Assembly: GCF_000143415.4 (NCBI RefSeq)
Contig: NW_003314325.1
Coordinates: forward strand, 776,086 to 840,085
DNA length: 64,000 nucleotides
DNA from: Selaginella moellendorffii
Lineage: Eukaryota; Plantae; Lycopodiophyta
Direction: 5' to 3'
A program made the translations under genes and the position numbers. The notes under the pieces were generated by a model. The model searched no databases. It had not been told where the DNA came from and saw nothing but the letters and a program-made list of their open reading frames with translations. Positions 26,105 to 38,805 of this stretch are shown here, piece by piece (the stretch's first letter is position 1; every line of letters starts with the position of its first letter).

Positions 26105-26981
26105 GGAAGGTCAGGTATGGACGTCCATGAGCAAGATGAGATAGCAGTTTCGCAATGGTTTCAAGAAGCATGAGCCGCAGGTCTTCGAGATCATAACCTT
26201 TCCAAAGTTTGGAATTGGACAGCGTGCGTTTCTCATCCAGACTCAAGGTATGTATGTTTGGAGCTATGGCCGTTGTGCATTTTTTATGGTTTTTATGTTT
26301 TTGATAGAGGGAAACATACTGTGGGACTGCATCTCATTTCTAGACGATGCCACAGTGGAGATAACCAAGTCACTAGGTGGATTGAGAGCGATTGCCATTT
26401 CTCACCCGTATTACTACAGCACAAACTCTCGATGGAGCGAGGCTTTTGGAGGCGTCCCGGTTTATACCCGCGAATGGTATTGTCTACCTTTGTTTCTCTC
26501 TTTCATTTCGATCTCTCTGTATCCATACTTTTGCAGAGTGGTTTACCAGCACGAAAAGGTGAAGTTCTACTATGGGAGGGACTCACGCTTTTAGCCATTT
26601 TTCTGTTGCACAAATCCTCCACTGGTCTCATGGAGCTCAAGGAGAGGTGTTTTATTCACTGGAGATATCTTACAGGTATAAACTTCTGTCGTTTACAAAC
26701 TTTGTTTTCGTTTTGTTTTCCTCACTCCATGTTTGATTTGTAGGTGGGGATGGACAACAAAACAGTGAGCATAATGAGATCGTACCCAAAGTATATACCA
26801 CTCGTCCATGTTTGATTTGTAGGTGGGGATGGACAACAAAATAGTGAGCATAATGAGATCGTATCTAAACTATATACCACTCTTGTCAAGCCACACTAAA
26901 AGGATAGGCCAGGTGATCGAGCCATGGGATTTTGGGAGGCTCTACATTGCGTTTCAGGACAGAGAGGATGACGCTGCTTAA
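26105..26981 (+). pseudogene. MBL-fold hydrolase fragment, unit 6
   Basis: Copy of 971-1850; SHPYYY variant. Confidence 0.82.
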
Positions 26982-27188
26982 GCATCACAATTATCGATTG
27001 ACTCTCAAGTAATGAATCAGACTGAAACTCGAGATGTCTTTCTGATTATGATTTGCCATAACATTGTTTCCAAAGTTAAATTGGACATTTGTTTTTGTGA
27101 GGGAGAAAATGCCACAATCAACTTAGAGTGAGCAGTGTTACAGCATACACAGTGGATACATGGAGTTTCTTTTTACAAGATCTTTTGT

Positions 27189-27834
27189 CTAACCTCTAAG
27201 CTTCTCCAATGCTTGTCTTACGTCTTCAACTCTTGCAATTTCCTTAAGCAGATTGCTTATCTTCTTCAATTCATCATATTTATGCCCTTTCCTGTTTTTG
27301 AATGCCCGGATGACAATTCCATTGCTGGGCTGCAAGCAAAAGGACTCTGGCTTGTCGTCCACGATCACCGTGTGTCTGAGGTCCCGCCCTAACCTTGAAA
27401 GATCTTTCACAACCTTTCTCCCTCCCACTTCCTTGGGCGAGCATGAATCTCTGTAGAGGCGATGGGTGAAGAGATTCCCAGCTAGGGTCGAGCCTATCCA
27501 ATATCCTGTCCGCATAAGGCTTCACCGCTCGAGTAAAAACCACGATCTCATATATCTGACTCATCTCATTTAGAAATGTATCCACACCCGGCCGCTTTGC
27601 GACAAGGTAGCGCTGCAATGGAAGAATCTTCCCACTGAAGAGTTTGAGGGACGCTGTGGCCTTGTGGGCATGGATTAGTGTCTCGTCCATGTCTAACACA
27701 AGCGTGGGTTTTTCCTCCAAAGCTGGCGGTAGTAGTGGAGAACTGTGTGTCACCTTTACCTTTTTGTTCTTTACTTTGGTCACCATGTCGAGCGTTGCAA
27801 AACTCCAATCGCCATATTCTCTCACCCTCTTCAT
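27189..27834 (-). pseudogene. SCP/FCP1-like NIF phosphatase, copy 6, frameshifted
   Basis: 1-bp insertion at ~27484 (GCTAGGGTCG vs GCTGGGTCG) splits the ORF; possibly a sequencing error. Confidence 0.8.
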
Positions 27835-28493
27835 CGCTCTGATAAAAAAGAAAGAAAGAACGCAAGCCCTAATTGTAAAGGATCTTTATAAATCAAATTA
27901 AATACACATTACTAAATATACCATAATTCTGGCCGTAGAAAATTTCATGGATGTTTTCTCTCAGGCTCGCTGGTTTTGGAGGTGGGAGCGTTGTCCCGCT
28001 TAAATGGCAATCCACAGTTTGAGAGGAGTATGCGCAGTACTAGTGAACTGAACTTACTAGGAACGAACCTTGACATAACTGAAGATTTGTTCGATTGCAT
28101 ATTCTGGAACGCAGAGAGAGTTCAGTAGCTTTGGTTCTGACCTCCAGCATGGATGTAAAGCGGATTTGAGTCACTGAAGGCGGAAGTTTGCCGGCTGAGA
28201 AAGAATCCAACAGCTCCAAATTTCCTTTAGCTCCAATCTAAACTCGCCTCAAGATGTTCGTCTTTCGCTGATATCTATTCTGACTTGAGCATTGAGAACG
28301 TGTGTTTCATTGTAGATCATTCCAACCATGGTGGTGAAACCATGGTTATCAACGTTAAGGTGCTACTACTGCCACTGGAGTAAAAGTTTGTGCGAGCTTT
28401 TGTGTGAGTTCGTGCTCTTGGATGTTTATCTATGGGAGATTGCCCCCTTTGTTTGCTCAATCTATTCTCTTTTCTCTTGGCTCTCCAGAAATT

Positions 28494-28748
28494 ATGGCTC
28501 CTACTCGAAAGCTTGTGCTTGCATCGCTCCTCTCATGCCTGGTCATCACTGCGGCTTTTGCCGCTGCAGTTTTGTTTAGTTCTTTCTCCAAAATCTCGAT
28601 AGTTTCTGTGTCCACACCAGCGACGACCATGGCGATCCATCAGCAAACTACAGTGCTCAATAGTATAACTCTCTGTGTGTTTTTCATGACGTTTTTTCTG
28701 TGGATCTTAGCCTTCCTTTACACGGCTAGGCCATGTTTTGTTCTTTGA
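28494..28748 (+). CDS. Open 84-aa copy of the microprotein (intron read through), unit 6
   Basis: TCA replaces TAA; two hydrophobic segments; ends ARPCFVL. Confidence 0.4.
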   Translation: MAPTRKLVLASLLSCLVITAAFAAAVLFSSFSKISIVSVSTPATTMAIHQQTTVLNSITLCVFFMTFFLWILAFLYTARPCFVL

Positions 28749-29069
28749 AGTTAAGCTTGACTCGAGAAAATAAAGTGGTCAAGAAATGGATGATCTTGCT
28801 CGCCGGGTCTACTCTGCTGGATTTGTCACAGTCTTCGCTGGTTGTGAATTTCGAGTCGGAGGGACACGTTCATTGACCCTGAAGGCAACGCTCGCGGCAC
28901 TGGAAGCGTATACAATTTCTAGATTTTGAAAAGCGCTGTTTTCTGCTAGATTCCAGTGGCTTGCAGGTTGGTGGTCGGTATAAACTCCGGGGCACGCCGA
29001 AGTCCTATCTCGATACTGGAGCAAGTCATGTGTTGTCACCTCGGTAAGTGTTTATATCAGTCTTGGAAT

Positions 29070-30119
29070 TTAACTCTTAACATTGTGTGTGTGTGAGATT
29101 AAGTTTTGCTCTGGCATTCTCTCGAGAGCGAGGAGTGCAATGCGATCGTCTGGATGGCAATGGTGCCAGCTTTTGCTCACAAGGGACTCCTCTTGGAAAC
29201 TTGAGTTTGGTGCCGGGAAGAGGCTCATCGCTTCTTGGAGGTGGCCAATTCCAGAGATAGGCCGAGAGGAGCACTGTGCGCGCCATCTTGCTCTTGTAAG
29301 GCATTCGATCGTAAATAAACTTTGCATTTTCAAGATGGTTTCTAGAGGTGAGCATATGGATCATTGTTGCCCAAGAGATGAGCCATCTTTAGGAAGGAAT
29401 CTAGTGCCTCGTCCAAATGCCCATTCGAGGCATATGTGCCAAGCATGGAGTTCCAGGCCACCACGTGCCTCTCAAACAAACATTTAGCCTCCTCCAAGCA
29501 GCCATGAGGTGCATAGCCGTCGATCATAGCCGTAAATGCCACCTCATTAAGATCCGGGGCATCTTCAAAGAGATTCTTTGCTTGCTCCATATGCCCGGCC
29601 TGGTGATATGGTCGTCCATGTTACTAGGGCATTCTATCAAAGAGATCTTTAGCTTCATCCAGCCGCTGGTTCTGGCAGTGGCCTTGGATCATGGCCGTCC
29701 ACGGCGCGTGAGAGATGCCCGTTATGGGCCATGGCCGTGCTAGAAACGGGGGTTTGCTCCGGCATGGAGTGGAATACCGCCTCGGCGAGTACATCTCGAT
29801 CATCGCGTTCCAGGTGATGGAATTCTTTGCAGGGATGCGATCGAAGAGCTGCTTGGCGCGCTGCACGTCCCCGGCCGCGGCTTCAGGTCGTGGTTGCGAA
29901 TGTAGGCCTGGAGGGTGAGATTCCAAGAGAAGAGATTGGGATCCGAGGTAGAATCGAAGACCGATCGCGCTTCCTCCAGGCAGCCGCAGCGGCCATACAT
30001 CTGGACGAGGAGATTTCGCAGGAAGACGCTGTTGTTGTGGTCGCTGTGAAGGATCTGGGCGATGGATCCGGCGGCCATTGTCGCAAGATGTGACGAGGGC
30101 GGCAAGCTCTTATGCGCAT
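29070..30119 (-). pseudogene. PPR pseudogene, unit 6
   Basis: As unit 5. Confidence 0.88.
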
Positions 30120-31142
30120 CGCATCATGGCCGTTGGATGATGGGGACGTCCGAGGTTCAAGTCCTGGCAGGTTCTAGCTTCCCGATGTTTTTCATGGCAT
30201 CCCCGATCGCTCAGCTGCACTCCAAATGCCGGGCGCGCTCGTCAACGACAGAATTAACTTCCTGGACACAAGTGGAAGAGAGCAGGCTGGTTTTCCGGGC
30301 GATGGATCAAAAGGATATCATCTCCTAATGTCTTGCGCAGCTTACGTTTGGGTTGAGCGTCTCAGCGGCAGTGCAAGATCTATCCTATCCGGTAAGCTCT
30401 TATTCCGTTTGCTCTCTTCTTGTTTCTTCGTTTCCAGTTGTGAGTTTTCGATTATGTTGACACGGTTGTGATGATCGGACAAACCAGCACTTTCCAAAAG
30501 GACAGCACTATCCATACTTATGGAAGCATCGTCTACGTGAAATGCACATCTACTATACGATCTACATCTCGGACGACTGTCCTAAGTCCATCTACGGGTA
30601 CAAGAAAACTCATTTATATTTTGGAGAGAACTAAACGAGTGAAAAATAGGTGGCCATAGAGACTGGAACCCTCCAAATACGCTGCGTTCTAGCTGATAGT
30701 CGTCAGCTGCTCTATACCGATGGCTTTCCAGTAAGAAACGTGTTTAACCGTGTTATATGTGCTTGCTTCAATGGAGCGTCCAACACCGCTCAAACAGGAG
30801 GCTTGGACATGCGAGTGATAGTAAGCAAGATAAGCAGGGTCTGACCTGAGGTTCTGCTCCGCCTCCACCACATCCAGCAGCTGATGATATCTCCAGAGGA
30901 TCTCAAGGTCTGTCAATCTTTCTCCTCGAGTTTTAACAAGTTTGTCCTTTTACTGAGATCTTGGTTATCTCTTAAGGTTTCTAAGCAATGCACGGCGTTA
31001 TTGCTTTCTACAAAGACACCACGAGAGTCCTTGTTAACACTCTTGGATTTCAAAGTTATGGAGGCACACGCTCCATACGTCTGGGTGGGATGTTTTCTCA
31101 GAAATCCTGGAGGTCTCGACTTTTCTTGACTTTTAGTTTTAG

Positions 31143-32021
31143 GGAAGGTCAGGTATGGACGTCCATGAGCAAGATGAGATAGCAGTTTCGCAATGGTTTC
31201 AAGAAGCATGAGCCGCAGGTCTTCGAGATCATAACCTTTTTAAAGTTTGGCATTGGACAGCGTGCGTTTCTCATCCAGACTCAAGGTATGTATGTTTGGA
31301 GCTATGGCCGTTGTGCATTTTTTATGGTTTTTATGTTTTTGATGGAGGGAAACATACTGTGGGACTGCATCTCATTTCTAGACGATGCCACAGTGGCGAT
31401 AATCAAGTCACTAGGTGGATTGAGAGCGATTGCCATTTCTCACCCGTATTACTACAGCACAAACTCTCGATGGAGCGAGGCTTTTGGAGGCGTCCCGGTT
31501 TATACCCGCGAATGGTATTGTCTACCTTTGTTTCTCTCTTTCATTTCGATCTCTCTGTATCCATACTTTTGCAGAGTGGTTTACCAGCATGAAAAGGTTA
31601 AGTTCTACTATGGGAGGGACTCACGCTTTTAGCCATTTTTCTGTTGCACAAATCCTCCACTGGTCTCATGGAGCTCAAGGAGAGGTGTTTTATTCACTGG
31701 AGATATCTTACAGGTATAAACTTCTGTCGTTTACAAACTTTGTTTTCGTTTTGTTTTCCTCACTCCATGTTTGATTTGTAGGTGGGGATGGACAACAAAA
31801 CAGTGAGCATAATGAGATCGTATCCAAGCTATATACCACTCTCGTCCATGTTTGATTTGTAGGTGGGGATGGACAACAAAATAGTGAGCATAATGAGATC
31901 GTATCTAAACTATATACCACTCTTGTCAAGCCACACTAAAAGGATAGGCCAGGTGATCGAGCCATGGGATTTTGGGAGGCTCTACATTGCGTTTCAGGAC
32001 AGAGAGGATGACGCTGCTTAA
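31143..32021 (+). pseudogene. MBL-fold hydrolase fragment, unit 7
   Basis: Copy of 971-1850; SHPYYY variant. Confidence 0.82.
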
Positions 32022-32228
32022 GCATCACAATTATCGATTGACTCTCAAGTAATGAATCAGACTGAAACTCGAGATGTCTTTCTGATTATGATTTGCCATA
32101 ACATTGTTTCCAAAGCTAAATTGGACATTTGTTTTTGTGAGGGAGAAAATGCCACAATCAACTTAGAGTGAGCAGTGTTACAGCATACACAGTGGATACA
32201 TGGAGTTTCTTTTTACAAGATCTTTTGT

Positions 32229-32873
32229 CTAACCTCTAAGCTTCTCCAATGCTTGTCTTACATCTTCAACTCTTGCAATTTCCTTAAGCAGATTGCTTAT
32301 CTTCTTCAATTCATCATATTTATGCCCTTTCCTGTTTTTGAATGCCCGGATGACAATTCCATTGCTGGGCTGCAAGCAAAAGGACTCTGGCTTGTCGTCC
32401 ACGATAACCGTGTGTCTGAGGTCCCGCCCTAACCTTGAAAGATCTTTCACAACCTTTCTCCCTCCCACTTCCTTGGGCGAGCATGAATCTCTGTAGAGGC
32501 GATGGGTGAAGAGATTCCCAGCTGGGTCGAGCCTATCCAATATCCTGTCCGCACAAGGCTTCACCGCTCGAGTAAAAACCACGATCTCATATATCTGACT
32601 CATCTCATTTAGAAATGTATCCACACCCGGCCGCTTTGCGACAAGGTAGCGCTGCAATGGAAGAATCTTCCCACTGAAGAGTTTGAGGGACGCTGTGGCC
32701 TTGTGGGCATGGATTAGTGTCTCGTCCATGTCTAACACAAGCGTGGGTTTTTCCTCCAAAGCTGGCGGTAGTAGTGGAGAACTGTGTGTCACCTTTACCT
32801 TTTTGTTCTTTACTTTGGTCACCATGTCGAGCGTTGCAAAACTCCAATCGCCATATTCTCTCACCCTCTTCAT
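32229..32873 (-). CDS. SCP/FCP1-like NIF phosphatase, copy 7
   Basis: Intact 214-aa ORF; A4V, Y107C. Confidence 0.92.
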   Translation of the reverse strand: MKRVREYGDWSFATLDMVTKVKNKKVKVTHSSPLLPPALEEKPTLVLDMDETLIHAHKATASLKLFSGKILPLQRYLVAKRPGVDTFLNEMSQIYEIVVFTRAVKPCADRILDRLDPAGNLFTHRLYRDSCSPKEVGGRKVVKDLSRLGRDLRHTVIVDDKPESFCLQPSNGIVIRAFKNRKGHKYDELKKISNLLKEIARVEDVRQALEKLRG

Positions 32874-34086
32874 CGCTCTGATAAAAAAGAAAGAAAGAAC
32901 GCAAGCCCTAATTGTAAAGGATCTTTATAAATCAAATTAAATACACATTACTAAATATACCATAATTCTGGCCGTAGAAAATTTCATGGATTTTTTCTCT
33001 CAGGCTCGCTGGTTTTGGAGGTGGGAGCGTTGTCCCGCTTAAATGGCAATCCACAGTTTGAGAGGAGTATGCGCAGTACTAGTGAACTGAACTTACTGGG
33101 AATGAACCTTGACATAACTGAGGATTTGTTCGATTGCATATTCTGGAACGCAGAGAGAGTTCAGTAGCTTTGGTTCTGACCTCCAGCATGGATGTAAAGC
33201 GGATTTGAGTCACTGAAGGCGGAAGTTTGCCGGCTGAGAAAGAATCCAACAGCTCCAAATTTCCTTCTCAAGATGTTTGTCTTTCGCTGATATCTATTCT
33301 GACTTGAGCATTGAGAAGGTGTGTTTCATTGTAGATCATTCCAACCATGGTGGTGAAACCATGGTTATCAACGTTAAGGTGCTACTACTGCCACTGGAGT
33401 AAAAGTTTGTGCGAGCTTTTGTGTGAGTTCGTGCTCTTGGATGTTTATCTATGGGAGATTGCCCCCTTTGTTTGCTCAATCTATTCTCTTTTCTCTTGGC
33501 TCTCCAGAAATTATGGCTCCTACTCGAAAGCTTGTGCTTGCATCGCTCCTCTAATGCCTGGTCATCACTGCGGCTTTTGCTGCTGCAGTTTTGTTTAGTT
33601 CTTTCTCCAAAATCTCGATAGTTTCTGTGTCCACACCAGCGACGACCATGGCGATCCATCAGCAAACTACAGTGCTCAATAGTATAACTCTCTGTGTGTT
33701 TTTCATGACGTTTTTTCTGTGGATCTTAGCCTTCCTTTACACTGCTAGGCCATGTTTTGTTCTTTGAAGTTAAGCTTGACTCGAGAAAATAAAGTGGTCA
33801 AGAAATGGATGATCTTGCTCGCCGGGTCTACTCTGCTGGATTTGTCACAGTCTTCGCTGGTTGTGAATTTCGAGTCGGAGGACACGTTCATTGACCCTGA
33901 AGGCAGCGCTCGCGGCAGTGGAAGCGTATACAATTTCTAGATTTTGAAAAGCGCTGTTTTCTGCTAGATTCCAAGTGGCTTGCAGGTTGGTGGTGGTATA
34001 AACTCGGGGAACGCGAAGTCCTATCTCGATACTGGAGCAAGTCATGTGTTGTCACCTCGGTAAGTGTTTTATATCAGTCTTGGAAT

Positions 34087-35137
34087 TTAACTCTTAACAT
34101 TGTGTGTGTGTGAGATTAAGTTTTGCTCTGGCATTCTCTCGAGAGCGAGGAGTGCAATGCGATCGTCTGGATGGCAATGGTGCCGGATTTCGCTCACAAG
34201 GGACTCCTCTTGGAAACTCGAGTTTGGTGCCCGGAAGAGGCTCATCGCTTCTTGGAGGTGGCCAATTCCAGAGATAGGCCGAGAGGAGCACTGTGCGCGC
34301 CATCTTGCTCTTGTAAGGCATTCGATCGTAAATAAACTTTGCATTTTCAAGATGGTTTCTAGAGGTGAGCATATGGATCATTGTTGCCCAAGAGATGAGC
34401 CATCTTTAGGAAGGAATCTAGTGCCTCGTCCAAATGCCCATTCGAGGCATATGCGCCAAGCATGGAGTTCCAGGCCACCACGTGCCTCTCAAACAAACAT
34501 TTAGCCTCCTCCAAGCAGCCATGAGGTGCATAGCCGTCGATCATAGCCGTAAATGCCACCTCATTAAGATCCGGGGCATCTTCAAAGAGATTCTTTGCTT
34601 GCTCCATATGCCCGGCCTGGTGATCATGGTCGTCCATGTTACTAGGGCATTCTATCAAAGAGATCTTTAGCTTCATCCAGCCGCTGGTTCTGGCAGTGGC
34701 CTTGGATCATGGCCGTCCACGGCGCGTGAGAGATGCCCGTTATGGGTCATGGCCGTGCTAGAAACGGGGGTTTGCTCCGGCATGGAGTGGAATACCGCCT
34801 CGGCGAGTACATCTCGATCATCGCGTTCCAGGTGATGGAATTCTTTGCAGGGATGCGATCGAAGAGCTGCTTGGCGCGCTGCACGTCCCCGGCCGCGGCT
34901 TCAGGTCGTGGTTGCGAATGTAGGCCTGGAGGGTGAGATTCCAAGAGAAGAGATTGGGATCCGAGGTAGAATCGAAGACCGATCGCGCTTCCTCCAGGCA
35001 GCCGCAGCGGCCATACATCTGGACGAGGAGATTTCGCAGGAAGACGCTGTTGTTGTGGTCGCTGTGAAGGATCTGGGCGATGGATCCGGCGGCCATTGTC
35101 GCAAGATGTGACGAGGGCGGCAAGCTCTTATGCGCAT
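34087..35137 (-). pseudogene. PPR pseudogene, unit 7
   Basis: As unit 5. Confidence 0.88.
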
Positions 35138-36160
35138 CGCATCATGGCCGTTGGATGATGGGGACGTCCGAGGTTCAAGTCCTGGCAGGTTCTAGCTTCC
35201 CGATGTTTTTCATGGCATCCCCGATCGCTCAGCTGCACTCCAAATGCCGGGCGCGCTCGTCAACGACAGAATTAACTTCCTGGACACAAGTGGAAGAGAG
35301 CAGGCTGGTTTTCCGGGCGATGGATCAAAAGGATATCATCTCCTAATGTCTTGCGCAGCTTACGTTTGGGTTGAGCGTCTCAGCGGCAGTGCAAGATCTA
35401 TCCTATCCGGTAAGCTCTTATTCCGTTTGCTCTCTTCTTGTTTCTTCGTTTCCAGTTGTGAGTTTTCGATTATGTTGACACGGTTGTGATGATCGGACAA
35501 ACCAGCACTTTCCAAAAGGACAGCACTATCCATACTTATGGAAGCATCGTCTACGTGAAATGCACATCTACTATACGATCTACATCTCGGACGACTGTCC
35601 TAAGTCCATCTACCGGTACAAGAAAACTCATTTATATTTTGGAGAGAACTAAACGAGTGAAAAATAGGTGGCCATAGAGACTGGAACCCTCCAAATACGC
35701 TGCGTTCTAGCTGATAGTCGTCAGCTGCTCTATACCGATGGCTTTCCAGTAAGAAACGTGTTTAACCGTGTTATATGCGCTTGCTTCAATGGAGCGTCCA
35801 ACACCGCTCAAACAGGAGGCTTGGACATGCGAGTGATAGTAAGCAAGATAAGCAGGGTCTGACCTGAGGTTCTGCTCCGCCTCCACCACATCCAGCAGCT
35901 GATGATATCTCCAGAGGATCTCAAGGTCTGTCAATCTTTCTCCTCGAGTTTTAACAAGTTTGTCCTTTTACTGAGATCTTGGTTATCTCTTAAGGTTTCT
36001 AAGCAATGCACGGCGTTATTGCTTTCTACAAAGACACCACGAGAATCCTTGTTAACACTCTCGGATTTCAAAGTTATGGAGGCACACGCTCCATACGTCT
36101 GGGTGGTATGTTTTCTCAGAAATCCTGGAGGTCTCGAGTTTTCTTGACTTTTAGTTTTAG

Positions 36161-37030
36161 GGAAGGTCAGGTATGGACGTCCATGAGCAAGATGAGATAG
36201 CAGTTTCGCAATGGTTTCAAGAAGCATGAGCCGCAGGTCTTCGAGATCATAACCTTTTTAAAGTTTGGCATTGGACAGCGTGCGTTTCTCATCCAGACTC
36301 AAGGTATGTATGTTTGGAGCTATGGCCGTTGTGCATTTTTTATGGTTTTTATGTTTTTGATGGAGGGAAACATACTGTGGGACTGCATCTCATTTCTAGA
36401 CGATGCCACAGTGGCGATAATCAAGTCACTAGGTGGATTGAGAGCGATTGCCACCTCTCACCCGCATTACTACAGCACAAACTCTCGATGGAGCGAGGCT
36501 TTTGGAGGCGTCCCGGTTTATACCCGGGAATGGTATTGTCTACCTTTGTTTCTCTCTTTCATTTCGATCTCTCTGTATCCATACTTTTGCAGAGTGGTTT
36601 ACCAGCACGAAAAGGTGAAGTTCTACTATGGGAGGGACTCACGCTTTTAGCCTTGCACAAATCCTCCACTGGTCTCATGGAGCTCAAGGAGAGGTGTTTT
36701 ATTCACTGGAGATATCTTACAGGTATAAACTTCTGTCGTTTACAAACTTTGTTTTCGTTTTGTTTTCCTCACTCCATGTTTGATTTGTAGGTGGGGATGG
36801 ACAACAAAACAGTGAGCATAATGAGATCGTACCCAAAGTATATACCACTCTCGTCCATGTTTGATTTGTAGGTGGGGATGGACAACAAAATAGTGAGGAT
36901 AGTGAGATCGTATTTAAACTATGTACCACTCTTGTCAAGCCACACTAAAAGGATAGGCCAGGTGATCGAGCCATGGGATTTTGGGAGGCTCTACATTGCG
37001 TTTCAGGACAGAGAGGATGACGCTGCTTAA
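36161..37030 (+). pseudogene. MBL-fold hydrolase fragment, unit 8
   Basis: Copy of 971-1850. Confidence 0.82.
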
Positions 37031-37237
37031 GCATCACAATTATCGATTGACTCTCAAGTAATGAATCAGACTGAAACTCGAGATGTCTTTCTGATTATGA
37101 TTTGCCATAACATTGTTTCCAAAGCTAAATTGGACATTTGTTTTTGTGAGGGAGAAAATGCCACAATCAACTTAGAGTGAGCAGTGTTACAGCATACACA
37201 GTGGATACATGGAGTTTCTTTTTACAAGATCTTTTGT

Positions 37238-37882
37238 CTAACCTCTAAGCTTCTCCAATGCTTGTCTTACATCTTCAACTCTTGCAATTTCCTTAAGCAG
37301 ATTGCTTATCTTCTTCAATTCATCATATTTATGCCCTTTCCTGTTTTTGAATGCCCGGATGACAATTCCATTGCTGGGCTGCAAGCAAAAGGACTCTGGC
37401 TTGTCGTCCACGATCACCGTGTGTTTGAGGTCCCGCCCTAACCTTGAAAGATCTTTCACAACCTTTCTCCCTCCCACTTCCTTGGGCGAGCATGAATCTC
37501 TGTAGAGGCGATGGGTGAAGAGATTCCCAGCTGGGTCGAGCCTATCCAATATCCTGTCCGCATAAGGCTTCACCGCTCGAGTAAAAACCACGATCTCGTA
37601 TATTTGACTCATCTCATTTAGAAATGTATCCACACCTGGCCGCTTTGCGACAAGGTAGCGCTGCAATGGAAGAGTCTTCCCACTGAAGAGCTTGAGGGAT
37701 GCTGTGGCCTTGTGGGCATGAATTAGTGTCTCGTCCATGTCTAACACAAGCATGGGTTTCTCCTCCAAAGTTGGCGGTAGTAGTGGAGAACTGTGTGTCA
37801 CCTTTACCTTTTTGTTCTTTACTTTGGTCACCATGTCGAGCGTTGCAAAACTCCAATCGCCATATTCTCTCGCCCTCTTCAT
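37238..37882 (-). CDS. SCP/FCP1-like NIF phosphatase, copy 8
   Basis: Intact 214-aa ORF; A38T, T44M, I70T, R153K. Confidence 0.92.
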   Translation of the reverse strand: MKRAREYGDWSFATLDMVTKVKNKKVKVTHSSPLLPPTLEEKPMLVLDMDETLIHAHKATASLKLFSGKTLPLQRYLVAKRPGVDTFLNEMSQIYEIVVFTRAVKPYADRILDRLDPAGNLFTHRLYRDSCSPKEVGGRKVVKDLSRLGRDLKHTVIVDDKPESFCLQPSNGIVIRAFKNRKGHKYDELKKISNLLKEIARVEDVRQALEKLRG

Positions 37883-38541
37883 CGCTCTGATAAAAAAGAA
37901 AGAAAGAACGCAAGCCCTAATTGTAAAGGATCTTTATAAATCAAATTAAATACACTTTACTAAATATACCATAATTCTGGCCGTAGAAAATTTCATGGAT
38001 TTTTTCTCTCAGGCTCGCTGGTTTTGGAGGTGGGAGCGTTGTCCCGCTTAAATGGCAATCCACAGTTTGAGAGGAGTATGCGCAGTACTAGTGAACTGAA
38101 CTTACTGGGAACGAACCTTGACATAACTGAAGATTTGTTCGATTGCATATTCTGGAACGCAGAGAGAGTTCAGTAGCTTTGGTTCTGACCTCCAGCATGG
38201 ATGTAAAGCGGATTTGAGTCACTGAAGGCGGAAGTTTGCTGGCTGAGAAAGAATCCAACAGCTCCAAATTTCCTTTAGCTCCAATCTAAACTCGCCTCAA
38301 GATGTTCGTCTTTCGCTGATATCTATTCTGACTTGAGCATTGAGAAGGTGTGTTTCATTGTAGATCATTCCAACCATGGTGGTGAAACCATGGTTATCAA
38401 CGTTAAGGTGCTACTACTGCCACTGGAGTAAAAGTTTGTGCGAGCTTTTGTGTGAGTTCGTGCTCTTGGATCTTTATCTATGGGAGATTGCCCCCTTTGT
38501 TTGCTCAATCTATTCTCTTTTCTCTTGGCTCTCCAGAAATT

Positions 38542-38805
38542 ATGGCTCCTACTCGAAAGCTTGTGCTTGCATCGCTCCTCTCATGCCTGGTCATCACTGC
38601 GGCTTTTGCCGCTGCAGTTTTGTTTAGTTCTTTCTCCAAAATCTCGATAGTTTCTGTGTCCACACCAGCGACGACCATGGCGATCCATCAGCAAACTACA
38701 GTGCTCAATAGTATAACTCTCTGTGTGTTTTCCATGACGTTTTTTCTGTGGATCTTAGCCTTCCTTTACAGTACAGATCCTGCCCGAGTGTACTCAAAAC
38801 AGTAA
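38542..38805 (+). CDS. Open 87-aa copy of the microprotein, unit 8, fused across the array end
   Basis: TCA allele; the C-terminus STDPARVYSKQ comes from sequence beyond 38770. Confidence 0.35.
   Translation: MAPTRKLVLASLLSCLVITAAFAAAVLFSSFSKISIVSVSTPATTMAIHQQTTVLNSITLCVFSMTFFLWILAFLYSTDPARVYSKQ

Larger units (their letters stand above)
1..38770. repeat. Head-to-tail tandem array of ~5.0 kb units (7 full + 1 truncated; continues off the left edge)
   Basis: GTTCAAGTCCTGGCAGGTTCTAG recurs at 1, 5015, 10001, 15059, 20091, 25123, 30155 and 35173 (periods 4986-5058 bp) and the ORF set repeats. Homology ends after TTCCTTTACA at 38770. Confidence 0.98.

Noticed and set aside
1-38770. rDNA, satellite, CRISPR or LTR array
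   Set aside because: No rRNA, spacer-repeat, gag/pol or LTR features; the units consist of nuclear gene pieces
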